Below, in pieces: positions 35,177-44,218 of a stretch of DNA of 64,000 nt. Numbering within the stretch: position 1 is the first letter of the stretch; each line of letters starts with the position of its first letter. The DNA lies in IMG/VR virus record IMGVR_UViG_3300020474_002475, positions 1 through 64,000 of that record. One strand, written 5' to 3'. The position numbers were made by a program, and so were the translations under genes. Origin of the DNA: a virus. The notes below the pieces were generated by a model that did no database searches, had not been told where the DNA came from, and saw only the letters and a list, made by a program, of their open reading frames with translations.

Positions 35177-37783
35177 ATGTCTGACTTTATTAAAAAGGCT
35201 AAAGAAGAAAAAGACATTAATAATGGCTCCGCTATTGTAAGTAGCAGAACGGACGGCGCCGCACCAGAACATCATGTTCAAAACTCTCAATTGTCAGAAA
35301 AGGCTCAAACAGATAACGAAACAAAATTAGAAAATAAGTTTGGAAATAAATTTAAATATTTTGATAGTGCCGCAGAAATTGAAAAGATGCAGTCTAAGGG
35401 TGGCGGCGTTAACAAAACTCTCTCACAGGTACAATCTCGCTTATCTGATGTTAAAGAAAAATCAGAAACCGTTGTAACTAAAGCAGAAGAAAATAAAGAT
35501 TTTAAAAGCGGCGGTGCTGTGTCTAATGCTGGTGGGGGTAGCAAGTTTAGTGATACATTAGAAACAAATCTTTCACAAAAAGATCAAAGCGATACGGCGA
35601 CAGTTATAAATGACAAGATAGGCCAATCTGTACAAACAGGTTCAAATAGTGGTTCACAAGATGCAACGGCTATTAGAGAAGAAATAATTAATAATGATCA
35701 AGCAATAGCTAATGCAGACGCTAGTACAGATAGTGATGGCTTAACAGTAGGCGGATGTAAAGGAGCTAAAACTAGAGGTCAATCAAGGACTTTGCAAAAT
35801 GCTATTTCTGTTTCTCTAACTGATGAGAGTGGCAATTTTGGCCCAAGTGCCGCTTTGTACGGAGACATACCTTGTGATTGCTATGTTCCTTTAAACTTGC
35901 CTCTACTAGGAGCACTAACTAAATCGGCTAAACTAATAGGTGGCTTTACCAATGTTTTTCAAGGTCTGCTAAAATTTGTAGGTGTTTGGGGTAAATATAC
36001 TGCCGCAGTGGGTGATGCGGCAAGAAAAGCTAAAGGTTTCCGCTGGCACCAAGGTCTAAAAAAATTCATGCATCCATTAGAAGGAGAATTAAGTGCTCTG
36101 AAAAAGGCTATGGACCAATTAAAAATAAACACAATCAACCTAGCGAATCAAGCAGGGGACGCTCTCTACGCTTTGAATCAAGCAAAAAGAAAAAGGGAAA
36201 TTGCTTTAAATAATCTGAGTGTGACAGAAACAGCGCTGAACGATACTTTGCCTTTTTCTTTAGGTAAGTTAATAAATGCTACTCCCGCCGAACTCCCAGG
36301 CTTGCTTAATCAATTGACTAGTGGACAGCAGGCGTTTTGGAACGGCTATAATCAGGCATTAAATTTCTTAAGTGTTTATGATCCTGCTATGATAGCGCAA
36401 TTACAAAGTAATTATAATAATTTGTCCGTTCTTGCTACCGCAGCAAGAATAGCGGAATTAGAACAGAGAAGCAAAATTGATGGAACTCTCAGAGCAATTG
36501 CCAGAGTAAATAAAGAGGTAAATGAACTTATTGCTCAATGCCATAAGAGCGATGCTCTAGGCCTCTTGAGTGGACTAATAGGTATAGGCTTTGATGCACT
36601 AGCAGCTCTTGATCCAGTAAGAAAAAAAGAATGTTTAGGCACAGGAACGACAAGGAATGAAAAAACGTGTGCTTGTGACTGCTCACCCGGTTACACAGAA
36701 GGTGTCGGAGGAACTGGAGACTCACCCGAATGGAGCCTACTTGACTTCATAGCTCCTGTACAAAGTGATGAACTTAAAAGATGTTATCCTGCATGTCCAT
36801 GTAATATGGAAAGGGGCCTCGTAGGTCCTAGAGGTAGCGATTTAGAATGTAGTGATTGTAAATCTGGATATACTTGGTATGCTGGCGCTACGTGCGAATG
36901 CGAAAGAACTACAGGATACGACCACGGCTTTCTTGGTTTACAGAAACCGGTAAGAAAAACAGAAATAGGAACGTGTGTAAAAAGTGAGCAAGTTACTGCA
37001 AATGCAAGTCTAGGTAAAACTTGGGATAGTAAAGCGTGTGGATTTAAGTGCGGACCTGATACGGACGTCGGCAACAAAGACAAACCTTTTGGTACTTATC
37101 ATAGACTAAACGATAACTACCCAGCTATTGCACCAAGTAAACATCACGCATTATATGCTACAGGATGCACTTATGTTTGTGATGGTAGAGATCGTCCAGA
37201 AGGAACTCCTTGGCCTCCGGATTGTGTTGGAGGTTTCTTTAATACTGAAAAGTGCGAATGTGCTCCTACAAACTGCCCTCAGTATATGGGACACAATGCA
37301 TTAGTTCTGCAAAACGTAAGTTACGGACTAGATCCTGACACTGGAGAACCGCTTGATTACGATAACTTCTGGAGTGTTTACGAGACACGAAGAGGAGGCT
37401 CAACATCACTAGGCTTACCAGCAGGCGCAACTGTAACTCCTCCTGGTGGCGGTCAAGATTACGGTTTATATATTGATTCTGCGAGCGCACAGGGATATGA
37501 ATTTTCAGCAGATCCTCGTAGATATGTAGAGTGGAGCAGTAGTAGAGTTAGATATAAAGCGTTTGAATGTAATGACGACGGTACTTTGGGATCAGACATT
37601 ACAGGCAGTGTAATTGATATTACTGGAGTTACTGGTGCGCTTGAAAGCTGTTATCAGGAAACATATGGGGAAAACCCCAGAGATCCTCCAACAGAAAGCG
37701 AAACAGATACGTGGCTGGGCTGCCTATCATTAAATTATGGAGTAGCTGGCGTTTCTAGTGTCAACCCTGATATTATACCGTAA
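35177..37783 (+). CDS. Large protein with N-terminal repeats, coiled coil and Cys-rich (EGF-like) C-terminal region; putative virion protein
   Basis: Many CxC/CxxC motifs (CACDCSPGY, CPCN, CECE, CECAPTNC) after a helical region. Confidence 0.7.
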   Translation: MSDFIKKAKEEKDINNGSAIVSSRTDGAAPEHHVQNSQLSEKAQTDNETKLENKFGNKFKYFDSAAEIEKMQSKGGGVNKTLSQVQSRLSDVKEKSETVVTKAEENKDFKSGGAVSNAGGGSKFSDTLETNLSQKDQSDTATVINDKIGQSVQTGSNSGSQDATAIREEIINNDQAIANADASTDSDGLTVGGCKGAKTRGQSRTLQNAISVSLTDESGNFGPSAALYGDIPCDCYVPLNLPLLGALTKSAKLIGGFTNVFQGLLKFVGVWGKYTAAVGDAARKAKGFRWHQGLKKFMHPLEGELSALKKAMDQLKINTINLANQAGDALYALNQAKRKREIALNNLSVTETALNDTLPFSLGKLINATPAELPGLLNQLTSGQQAFWNGYNQALNFLSVYDPAMIAQLQSNYNNLSVLATAARIAELEQRSKIDGTLRAIARVNKEVNELIAQCHKSDALGLLSGLIGIGFDALAALDPVRKKECLGTGTTRNEKTCACDCSPGYTEGVGGTGDSPEWSLLDFIAPVQSDELKRCYPACPCNMERGLVGPRGSDLECSDCKSGYTWYAGATCECERTTGYDHGFLGLQKPVRKTEIGTCVKSEQVTANASLGKTWDSKACGFKCGPDTDVGNKDKPFGTYHRLNDNYPAIAPSKHHALYATGCTYVCDGRDRPEGTPWPPDCVGGFFNTEKCECAPTNCPQYMGHNALVLQNVSYGLDPDTGEPLDYDNFWSVYETRRGGSTSLGLPAGATVTPPGGGQDYGLYIDSASAQGYEFSADPRRYVEWSSSRVRYKAFECNDDGTLGSDITGSVIDITGVTGALESCYQETYGENPRDPPTESETDTWLGCLSLNYGVAGVSSVNPDIIP

Positions 37784-37865
37784 AAAATAAAAAGTTGATA
37801 TAACTAGACAGATGTGTATTATATTATAGTGGGTTTTCGTAAATATATAAAATCAAGGTGCTTTT

Positions 37866-38159
37866 ATGGGAAATGTTAATACTAATGACGTTGTAACAAA
37901 TGCAAAAAACAATAGTACAGATGCCAAACAAGGTTCGGTGGTTACAAAGTCTAAAATAGGACAAACCATAAACTCCGAAGACACGTATGCAAAAACTACA
38001 TCTTTAACAGACCTTGAGTCTAGACTAGAAAATAAGTTTGATGAAGTAGATTATTATGATATACCAGAAGCACTAAATGGTGGAGGATTTACTCCAACAC
38101 CTTCTCCTACGCCAACATTAACCCCAACACCTACTCCAACACCAACCCCAGTATCATAA
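37866..38159 (+). CDS. Small protein with C-terminal (PT)n tail; N-terminus paralogous to 35177
   Basis: LESRLENKF vs ETKLENKF; TPTPSPTPTLTPTPTPTPTP. Confidence 0.7.
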   Translation: MGNVNTNDVVTNAKNNSTDAKQGSVVTKSKIGQTINSEDTYAKTTSLTDLESRLENKFDEVDYYDIPEALNGGGFTPTPSPTPTLTPTPTPTPTPVS

Positions 38160-38169
38160 GGAAGCTAAA

Positions 38170-38454
38170 ATGCCCAGAAATACTACTTTGATTATTAGAA
38201 ATGGCAATAGCGATCCTCTGCATTATAGCGGTGAGGTTTTAGCTAGTGGAGAATTAGCAGCAGCAGTTGATAGTGGTATAGTAAAGGTAGGCAATGGTAA
38301 CGCTCCTTGGTCAGGACTGCCTTCTATAGGAGTGCCCAGTAATCCAATTTCTATAACTGGAGCTAGCGGGGTGTTAAATATGATCTCAATTGCACAAGCA
38401 GATTATGATAATATAGCTAATCCAGATCCTCATACATTATATTTTATAGTATAA
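38170..38454 (+). CDS. Mini tail-fibre protein: Mtd_N/hyaluronidase-like N-terminal module plus upper-tail-fibre C-terminal motif
   Basis: LIIRNG...VLASGELA...DSGIVKVGNGNAPWSGLP; ISIAQADYDNIANPDPHTLYFIV. Confidence 0.7.
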   Translation: MPRNTTLIIRNGNSDPLHYSGEVLASGELAAAVDSGIVKVGNGNAPWSGLPSIGVPSNPISITGASGVLNMISIAQADYDNIANPDPHTLYFIV

Positions 38455-38472
38455 ATATAGGCTTTAAATAAT

Positions 38473-38574
38473 ATGGCAGTAAAAGTAGCCAGTACCACAG
38501 TGTCTAAAATATACTTAGGCGGAAACTTAGTATCTAAGATATATTTAGGCGGTACTCAAATATATACAGGTTAA
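38473..38574 (+). CDS. 33-aa tail-fibre-associated peptide (VSKIYLGG twice; not in the ORF track)
   Basis: MAVKVASTTVSKIYLGGNLVSKIYLGGTQIYTG*. Confidence 0.7.
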   Translation: MAVKVASTTVSKIYLGGNLVSKIYLGGTQIYTG

Positions 38575-38609
38575 GGTGTATAATATAGTATACAATTAAG
38601 AGGTTTACT

Positions 38610-39095
38610 ATGAGAACACCCGGTTATAAAACTAGTGAATTTTGGTTTACGCTGGTTAGCTTTATAGTCAGTGGACTGTTTCTTTTTGGGGTCATAACCG
38701 AACCAGATACTAAAGATCAACTGATAGATGTATTTACCCATGCCACTGAAAGTATTTTGCTTTTAGGTGGACAAGGATTTTTATTATATAAATATTTAGG
38801 TAAAAGAAGACAAGAAAAAATAGAATACGAAAAAACGAAACAAAAAGAAGCCGATAATAATCGTAAGGAACTAGAAGATTATGTTGGCATAGACAAAACA
38901 TATAAAGAAATTAATATAAATACAGCAAAGCTTGCGGAATTAATTCAATTACCACATATTGGACCTATATTAGCGCAAAACATTATTGACTATAGGAATA
39001 GTGCAGGGAAATTTAAAGACAAGGTAGAAATAATTGCTGTTAAAAATATAACTTATTCAATGTACGAAGATATTAAACCCTATATAATTTTGTGA
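38610..39095 (+). CDS. Membrane protein with C-terminal ComEA-type helix-hairpin-helix domain
   Basis: GYKTSEFW plus 2 hydrophobic segments; ININTAKLAELIQLPHIGPILAQNIIDYRNSAGKFKDKVEIIAVKNI. Confidence 0.8.
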   Translation: MRTPGYKTSEFWFTLVSFIVSGLFLFGVITEPDTKDQLIDVFTHATESILLLGGQGFLLYKYLGKRRQEKIEYEKTKQKEADNNRKELEDYVGIDKTYKEININTAKLAELIQLPHIGPILAQNIIDYRNSAGKFKDKVEIIAVKNITYSMYEDIKPYIIL

Positions 39096-39104
39096 GGCAT
39101 AACA

Positions 39105-39581
39105 ATGAGCGACGAAAGCACCAAAGAATTAATTCGCATAGAAGTAGAAAATTTAATTGCTGAAACTAAAAAAGCTGTTTCAGATGTAAAAAGATTTGCC
39201 GTCAGTGAAGTGTGGAAGATTCTACAATTATTGACAGCGGTTGTGATACGATTAATTGAAAATTTTGGTAAAGACCTTAGCAGTCCAGAAAAGAAAAAAC
39301 TAGCATTAGAATTAATTGGCAGTTTTTACGATCAGATATTTATTCGTGTAGATCTGCCTTGGGTTCCATCTGTATTAGAGCCTATTATTCATAGTCATGT
39401 TAAAAGCTTTTTAATGATACTGGTAAGCTCAGGTATTGATGCAATGGTTGCCACATTTAGACAAATCGGTGTTTTTCAACCAAAAGAAAAAGAAGTATTA
39501 GAAGCTGCTGTGGGTATGGCGGAAAAAAATCCCATAGTTGAGAATTTTTTAAAAGACCTTAAAACCATAGTGAGGAAATAA
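39105..39581 (+). CDS. Hypothetical protein
   Basis: 158-aa ORF with GAGG RBS. Confidence 0.7.
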   Translation: MSDESTKELIRIEVENLIAETKKAVSDVKRFAVSEVWKILQLLTAVVIRLIENFGKDLSSPEKKKLALELIGSFYDQIFIRVDLPWVPSVLEPIIHSHVKSFLMILVSSGIDAMVATFRQIGVFQPKEKEVLEAAVGMAEKNPIVENFLKDLKTIVRK

Positions 39582-39982
39582 TGAATTTTACAGAAAGTTT
39601 TAGCGAATTTAGTAGCAGGGTAGGGCCAACGGACTTGGCTCTGTATGCGGGTGCGGGTATAATTATATGGGTATTATTTAAGGACAAGATGAGCCCTGTA
39701 CAAGAATTTCTTTCTGATATCATTAAGAAAATTAAAGGTAGTGCTAAAAACAATGAGTTTTCTAAACACGTTAAGAAAATTATTGATAATTCTGACGAAA
39801 AGCCAGAAGATGAAAATTTATTTTTTGACCTAGTAGTGTCGTGGAAACAAACAAGAGATTTAGCACAAAAAAGCGGATGCAAAAAGGCCGTAGAAGTTGC
39901 AGATCAAATGTTTCCTTATCTTTCTCCAATGGTTTGTGAAGATCTAGGCGCAAAAGTTAAGGAGCCTTCTGATGAAGAATAG
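39581..39982 (+). CDS. Hypothetical membrane protein
   Basis: TM segment LALYAGAGIIIWVLF; GAGG RBS. Confidence 0.7.
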   Translation: MNFTESFSEFSSRVGPTDLALYAGAGIIIWVLFKDKMSPVQEFLSDIIKKIKGSAKNNEFSKHVKKIIDNSDEKPEDENLFFDLVVSWKQTRDLAQKSGCKKAVEVADQMFPYLSPMVCEDLGAKVKEPSDEE

Positions 39983-40469
39983 TGTCATCTTATTTGCTGG
40001 AGTATTATTAGTACTATTTGGTTGCTTTGGAGAACAAATTACTAATAGTGTTTTTAGTCCTAATATTCCTGTAGTAGAGGGATATGTGGTAGATGCGCCA
40101 GCCAATAAAGAACTGCTAGATAAAGCCAGAGTTATCATCGACATACTTAATGATTCTAATGATTCTACTACTCGCATGGACTGTTTAAAATTATCGTCAT
40201 TATATTCAGACCTTGCAACACTTGTTGAATTAGATGCAGATGATCAAGTAGTCAAAGATACAGCTACTATAAAAGAAGCTAATGGCTTATCCGGTAAAAT
40301 GCTAAGACTAGACATTAAAGACAAATATCCTGGATTAGCAGAAGCTTCTAAGGACTTAGTTGTAACCTCTATCGGAGAGGACGATGTTGCATTAGATAAA
40401 GACACTAGATCAAACGCAGTTGACGCATTCAGAGCATTAAGTTGGGCTTTTTACGAAGGTAGCAAATAA
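39972..40469 (+). CDS. Secreted or lipoprotein-like hypothetical protein
   Basis: Signal-like MKNSVILFAGVLLVLFGC (non-canonical lipobox). Confidence 0.65.
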   Translation: MKNSVILFAGVLLVLFGCFGEQITNSVFSPNIPVVEGYVVDAPANKELLDKARVIIDILNDSNDSTTRMDCLKLSSLYSDLATLVELDADDQVVKDTATIKEANGLSGKMLRLDIKDKYPGLAEASKDLVVTSIGEDDVALDKDTRSNAVDAFRALSWAFYEGSK

Positions 40470-41395
40470 TGTCTAGAATGACGCCTCAATCTTTGTACGA
40501 TTCTTACAGGCAGGGTTATAGTGGATGCTTGTGGGAAGAACACATATTTGAAGAATTAATAGAAACCTCCAGATATGCATTCTTTAAAGAAGGAGCAAAA
40601 AGAATTAAAGATAGTGGCAAAGGTAAATTATCTACTCCATTTAAATCTGTATTAAAGTTTGATAAACGATCTTTTACAGAAAGACAAACTACAGGAGATT
40701 GTGTCTCTCACGCTACTCGTAATGCATGTGATTTAACAAGAGCAATTGAAATAGACATTAAAGGGGATAAAGAAAGCTGGATTGCTAGAGGGGCTACAGA
40801 AGCCATATATGGCTGTAGAGGCCATGGCGGTCAAGGTATGAGTTGTAGTCGTGCTGCTACTTTTGTAAGCCAAACCGGTGGAGTATTGGTTCGTAAAAAT
40901 TATCCTGGCGTTGCAGATTTTAGTAAATACAACAGTAAACTTGGAACCACTTGGGGTTCCAGAGGTTTACCAGATAAAGTAATAGATAAAGCCGATGATC
41001 ATCAAGTTAAAACCGCATCCTTGATTAAAACTGTAGAAGAAGCTAGAGACGCACTAGCTAATGGATATGGATTAAGTGTATGCTCTGGTTATGGATTTTC
41101 TAACAAAAGAAATAAACAAGGATTTGCAAGAAAATCTGGTAGCTGGTCACACGCAATGGCGTGGACGGCTTGTGATGATACAAATGGAGAACCTGCTTTT
41201 TTAGTACAAAATAGCTGGGGTAAATGGAATGATGGAGGACACCCAGAATGGGGTCCAATTCCAGATGGTTCTTTTTTAATACATGCAGATGTTGCAGAAG
41301 GTATGTTAAGGCAAAACGGAGCTTATGCCTTTAGTGACTTTAACGGATTTCCTCCACAAAAACTCCCGGACTACGGTTTCGTAGATTACTTATGA
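40469..41395 (+). CDS. Papain-like (C1) cysteine peptidase
   Basis: QTTGDCVSHA (Gln/Cys), WSHAMA (His), VQNSWG (Asn). Confidence 0.8.
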   Translation: MSRMTPQSLYDSYRQGYSGCLWEEHIFEELIETSRYAFFKEGAKRIKDSGKGKLSTPFKSVLKFDKRSFTERQTTGDCVSHATRNACDLTRAIEIDIKGDKESWIARGATEAIYGCRGHGGQGMSCSRAATFVSQTGGVLVRKNYPGVADFSKYNSKLGTTWGSRGLPDKVIDKADDHQVKTASLIKTVEEARDALANGYGLSVCSGYGFSNKRNKQGFARKSGSWSHAMAWTACDDTNGEPAFLVQNSWGKWNDGGHPEWGPIPDGSFLIHADVAEGMLRQNGAYAFSDFNGFPPQKLPDYGFVDYL

Positions 41396-41547
41396 AATTA
41401 TTAGATAAAATCGCTTTGAATAGCCTTGTAAAAACAATTACTAATTTTATATTAGCAATTTTAAAAATGTTTAAACCTACTGACATTACAACACCAAAGA
41501 ATAAAAGACCACTAAAGGATTTATTAGATAGGATATTTAAAAAATGA
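41392..41547 (+). CDS. Small hypothetical protein (51 aa; not in the ORF track)
   Basis: MKLLDKIALNSLVK...DRIFKK*; ATGA overlaps at both ends. Confidence 0.65.
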   Translation: MKLLDKIALNSLVKTITNFILAILKMFKPTDITTPKNKRPLKDLLDRIFKK

Positions 41548-41825
41548 AAATTTTATTGTCTTGCATTCTAATAGCCTCTGTGTTTTTTGCCGTAAGTACA
41601 AATTACAGTACAACCGCTGTTGTTACATTGGTTGGTGGTAAAATTATTGCATCTCAAAAAGACACCCCTATTAAAAAATACAAGCGTAAAGATTGTCCAG
41701 TATGTAAAGGTAAAGGATGGTACATTAGCGGAGACGGTATCGCTAAAGTTAGCTGCGGATATTGCGAACCGGAAGATGGTAAAAAATCCATAGACTATTC
41801 CAATCCTTCAATAAAAATACGGTAA
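41544..41825 (+). CDS. Signal-peptide protein with DnaJ-type zinc-finger motif
   Basis: Hydrophobic N-terminus; CPVCKGKG...CGYC. Confidence 0.65.
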   Translation: MKILLSCILIASVFFAVSTNYSTTAVVTLVGGKIIASQKDTPIKKYKRKDCPVCKGKGWYISGDGIAKVSCGYCEPEDGKKSIDYSNPSIKIR

Positions 41826-41829
41826 TACA

Positions 41830-42225
41830 ATGAATAAAATATTATTAGAGCAAGTTGCTGAAGATGTCTCTTGCGGAGCTTCTAAAAAATCACAAAATGA
41901 AAATTTTGGAAGTATTATTTTAACTATTATGATTGTAGGAATTATAGTTAATTTAATAAGGGTAACACAAGAATGCAATAAAAATAAAGTTAGAGATCTG
42001 GAGCAAGAAGCAAAAAATAAATATAATGCTGGACATATTAAAAACTTATGTGCAGATAGAGGATGGTTTACTAAAATGAGAATTAAAAAAGCTATTAGAC
42101 AACAATTAGGTTCAGAAAAATACAAAGAATATGGCAACGTATTATTAGATTCAATCATGGATACTGGTGAAAATCTCACGGATGATAAACTTATAGAACT
42201 TGTGGAGGTTTCAAACAATGTTTAG
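41830..42225 (+). CDS. Hypothetical membrane protein
   Basis: FGSIILTIMIVGIIVNLIRV TM segment. Confidence 0.65.
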   Translation: MNKILLEQVAEDVSCGASKKSQNENFGSIILTIMIVGIIVNLIRVTQECNKNKVRDLEQEAKNKYNAGHIKNLCADRGWFTKMRIKKAIRQQLGSEKYKEYGNVLLDSIMDTGENLTDDKLIELVEVSNNV

Positions 42226-42466
42226 TATTTTAATATGGTGTGTTTATGGCATATTTGTTGGAGCAATAGCTAAAAGCTTAGTTCCTGGTGAAGAAAATTT
42301 TGGTTTTTTTAAAACAGTAGCTCTGGGAGTTGCTGGATCGTACATGGGTGGAGCTATACATTATATGCTAGGCATGCAAAATGAGTTGGCACCATCTGGT
42401 ATTTTTATGGGTGTTGCTGGTTCCGTTATAAGCCTAATATTATATAATAAGTTAACTAAAAAATGA
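42218..42466 (+). CDS. GlsB/YeaQ/YmgE (transglycosylase-associated) membrane protein
   Basis: ILIWCVYGIFVGAIAKSLVPG...TVALGVAGSYMGG...GVAGSVISL. Confidence 0.85.
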   Translation: MFSILIWCVYGIFVGAIAKSLVPGEENFGFFKTVALGVAGSYMGGAIHYMLGMQNELAPSGIFMGVAGSVISLILYNKLTKK

Positions 42467-42720
42467 GTCACATAAATACATTAATTGTTTCACGAACGCA
42501 TTATGATAACATTATAGATCTGCATACTACTACAGAATATAGTGTTTTAATTAATATAGAATATTTAAAATCTTTTATAGATTCTCTTCCGTCTGGAATG
42601 TCTGCTATAGAATTAACTAATAGAATTAGTACATGGTCTAATAAAATATTAAGACTAGACATCAAGGATCTAGATCATAATATAATACTGTCAACCGTAC
42701 TGGAAGAAGAAGACCATTAA
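42463..42720 (+). CDS. Hypothetical protein
   Basis: 85-aa ORF with ATGA overlap. Confidence 0.55.
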   Translation: MSHINTLIVSRTHYDNIIDLHTTTEYSVLINIEYLKSFIDSLPSGMSAIELTNRISTWSNKILRLDIKDLDHNIILSTVLEEEDH

Positions 42721-42750
42721 AATTATTTAAAATAATAATACAGAGGAACT

Positions 42751-43737
42751 ATGAAAAGGATACTTATTACAGGAGCCGCTGGCTTCCTGGGATCTCATTT
42801 TGTCGAAGAGGTATTATTAAATACTGACTGGGAAATAGTTGCTTTATGTAGGCTTACATATGTTGGAGACATGGAAAGGATTGTACAAAGCTTACACGTT
42901 AAAGAGCATGCACATAGAATCAAGATTATATATCATGATTTAAAATTTGAGCTACCTTCTCACACCATTGAGGCCATAGGAGAGGTCGATTATGTAGCCC
43001 ATATAGCAGCTAATAGCCATGTTAGCAGAAGTATAATACATCCAAAACAATTTGTTGAGGATAATGTTGTAGGCACTGTAAACCTTTTAGAGTGGTACAG
43101 AAACAATTGTCCCAGAGCCCTGTTTATTAACTATCTAACAGATGAAGTCTTCGGACCTGCCCCAGAAGGCTATGATTTTAAAGAAGACGATAGATGGCGT
43201 CCTAGCAATCCATATAGCGCTAGTAAAGCAGGCCAAGGAGCTTTAGGTATTTCTTATTATAATACATATAAACTTCCTATTATACATACTTATACTATGA
43301 ATCTTTTTGGAGAAAGGCAGCATAAAGAAAAATTTGTTGCCTTAGCTATCGATCTTATCAATAAAAATCAACCAGTTAAAATTCATGCGAAACTAGACGA
43401 TCAAGGTAATGTAGAATATGTAGGACAAAGACACTGGCTTCATGCTAGAAATGCAGCTAATGCTACATTATTTTTATTCAAGCATGGACAAGCAGGAGAA
43501 CACTATAATGTGGTTGGAGATGTTGAGTTATATAACGACGATATGGTGCAAAGATTAGGCCAATTAATGAATAAAAAACCCAGATTACAATACGTAGATT
43601 TAGAAAAAAGTAGACCGGGACACGATAGAAGATACAGTCTTGATGGTAGCAAACTACGTAATATGGGATGGCAGCAACCAATTTCTTTTGACGATTCTTT
43701 AACCAAAACAATAGATTGGATATTAAGCGGTGAATAA
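42751..43737 (+). CDS. rfbB: dTDP-glucose 4,6-dehydratase
   Basis: ILITGAAGFLGSH, LTYVGD, AANSHVSRSI, TDEVFG, PSNPYSASKA, RPGHDRRYSLD. Confidence 0.9.
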   Translation: MKRILITGAAGFLGSHFVEEVLLNTDWEIVALCRLTYVGDMERIVQSLHVKEHAHRIKIIYHDLKFELPSHTIEAIGEVDYVAHIAANSHVSRSIIHPKQFVEDNVVGTVNLLEWYRNNCPRALFINYLTDEVFGPAPEGYDFKEDDRWRPSNPYSASKAGQGALGISYYNTYKLPIIHTYTMNLFGERQHKEKFVALAIDLINKNQPVKIHAKLDDQGNVEYVGQRHWLHARNAANATLFLFKHGQAGEHYNVVGDVELYNDDMVQRLGQLMNKKPRLQYVDLEKSRPGHDRRYSLDGSKLRNMGWQQPISFDDSLTKTIDWILSGE

Positions 43738-44218
43738 GTATTCAACAGTTGTAGAGGATTGTTTTTGGATTCAGCCAACAATATTCCAAGACCATAGAGG
43801 TACATTTTCTGAAATATATAAAAGTTCTAAATTAGATAATTTATTTAAACCAGTACAAACAAACTATAGTTCTTCTAAAAAGGGTACAATAAGAGGTATA
43901 CACAGAACACCTTATGCAAAATATGTTACATGTATTAAAGGTTCTGTGTATGATGTATGCGTAGATTTAAGACCCTCAAGCAAAACTCATTTAGAACATT
44001 TTGGTATAGAATTAAAAGCTGATCAATTAAACAGTTTATATATACCTGCTTTTTGTGGACACGCATTTTTAGCACTTGAAGACTGCACACTAATCTATCA
44101 ACAGGATCATGAATATAATGCTAAGTTAGATCAAACTTATTGTTATAAAAATTTTGATATAGAGTGGCCTATGAAACCAACAATTATTTCAGATAAAGAC
44201 ACAGACATATGTCAATGA
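43730..44218 (+). CDS. rfbC: dTDP-4-dehydrorhamnose 3,5-epimerase
   Basis: FQDHRGTFSE, QTNYSSSKKGTIRGIH, KYVTCIKGSVYDVCVDLRPSS, LYIPAFCGHAF. Confidence 0.9.
   Translation: MNKYSTVVEDCFWIQPTIFQDHRGTFSEIYKSSKLDNLFKPVQTNYSSSKKGTIRGIHRTPYAKYVTCIKGSVYDVCVDLRPSSKTHLEHFGIELKADQLNSLYIPAFCGHAFLALEDCTLIYQQDHEYNAKLDQTYCYKNFDIEWPMKPTIISDKDTDICQ

Noticed and set aside
38170-38454. Diversity-generating retroelement suggested by the Mtd_N-like module
   Set aside because: No reverse transcriptase, no template/variable repeat pair and no C-type lectin domain seen in the window
20343-38457. T4-type late promoter TATAAATA at 20343 and 38450
   Set aside because: Only two intergenic cases noticed in very AT-rich DNA, and no T4-like gp55 or replication genes seen; compatible with chance
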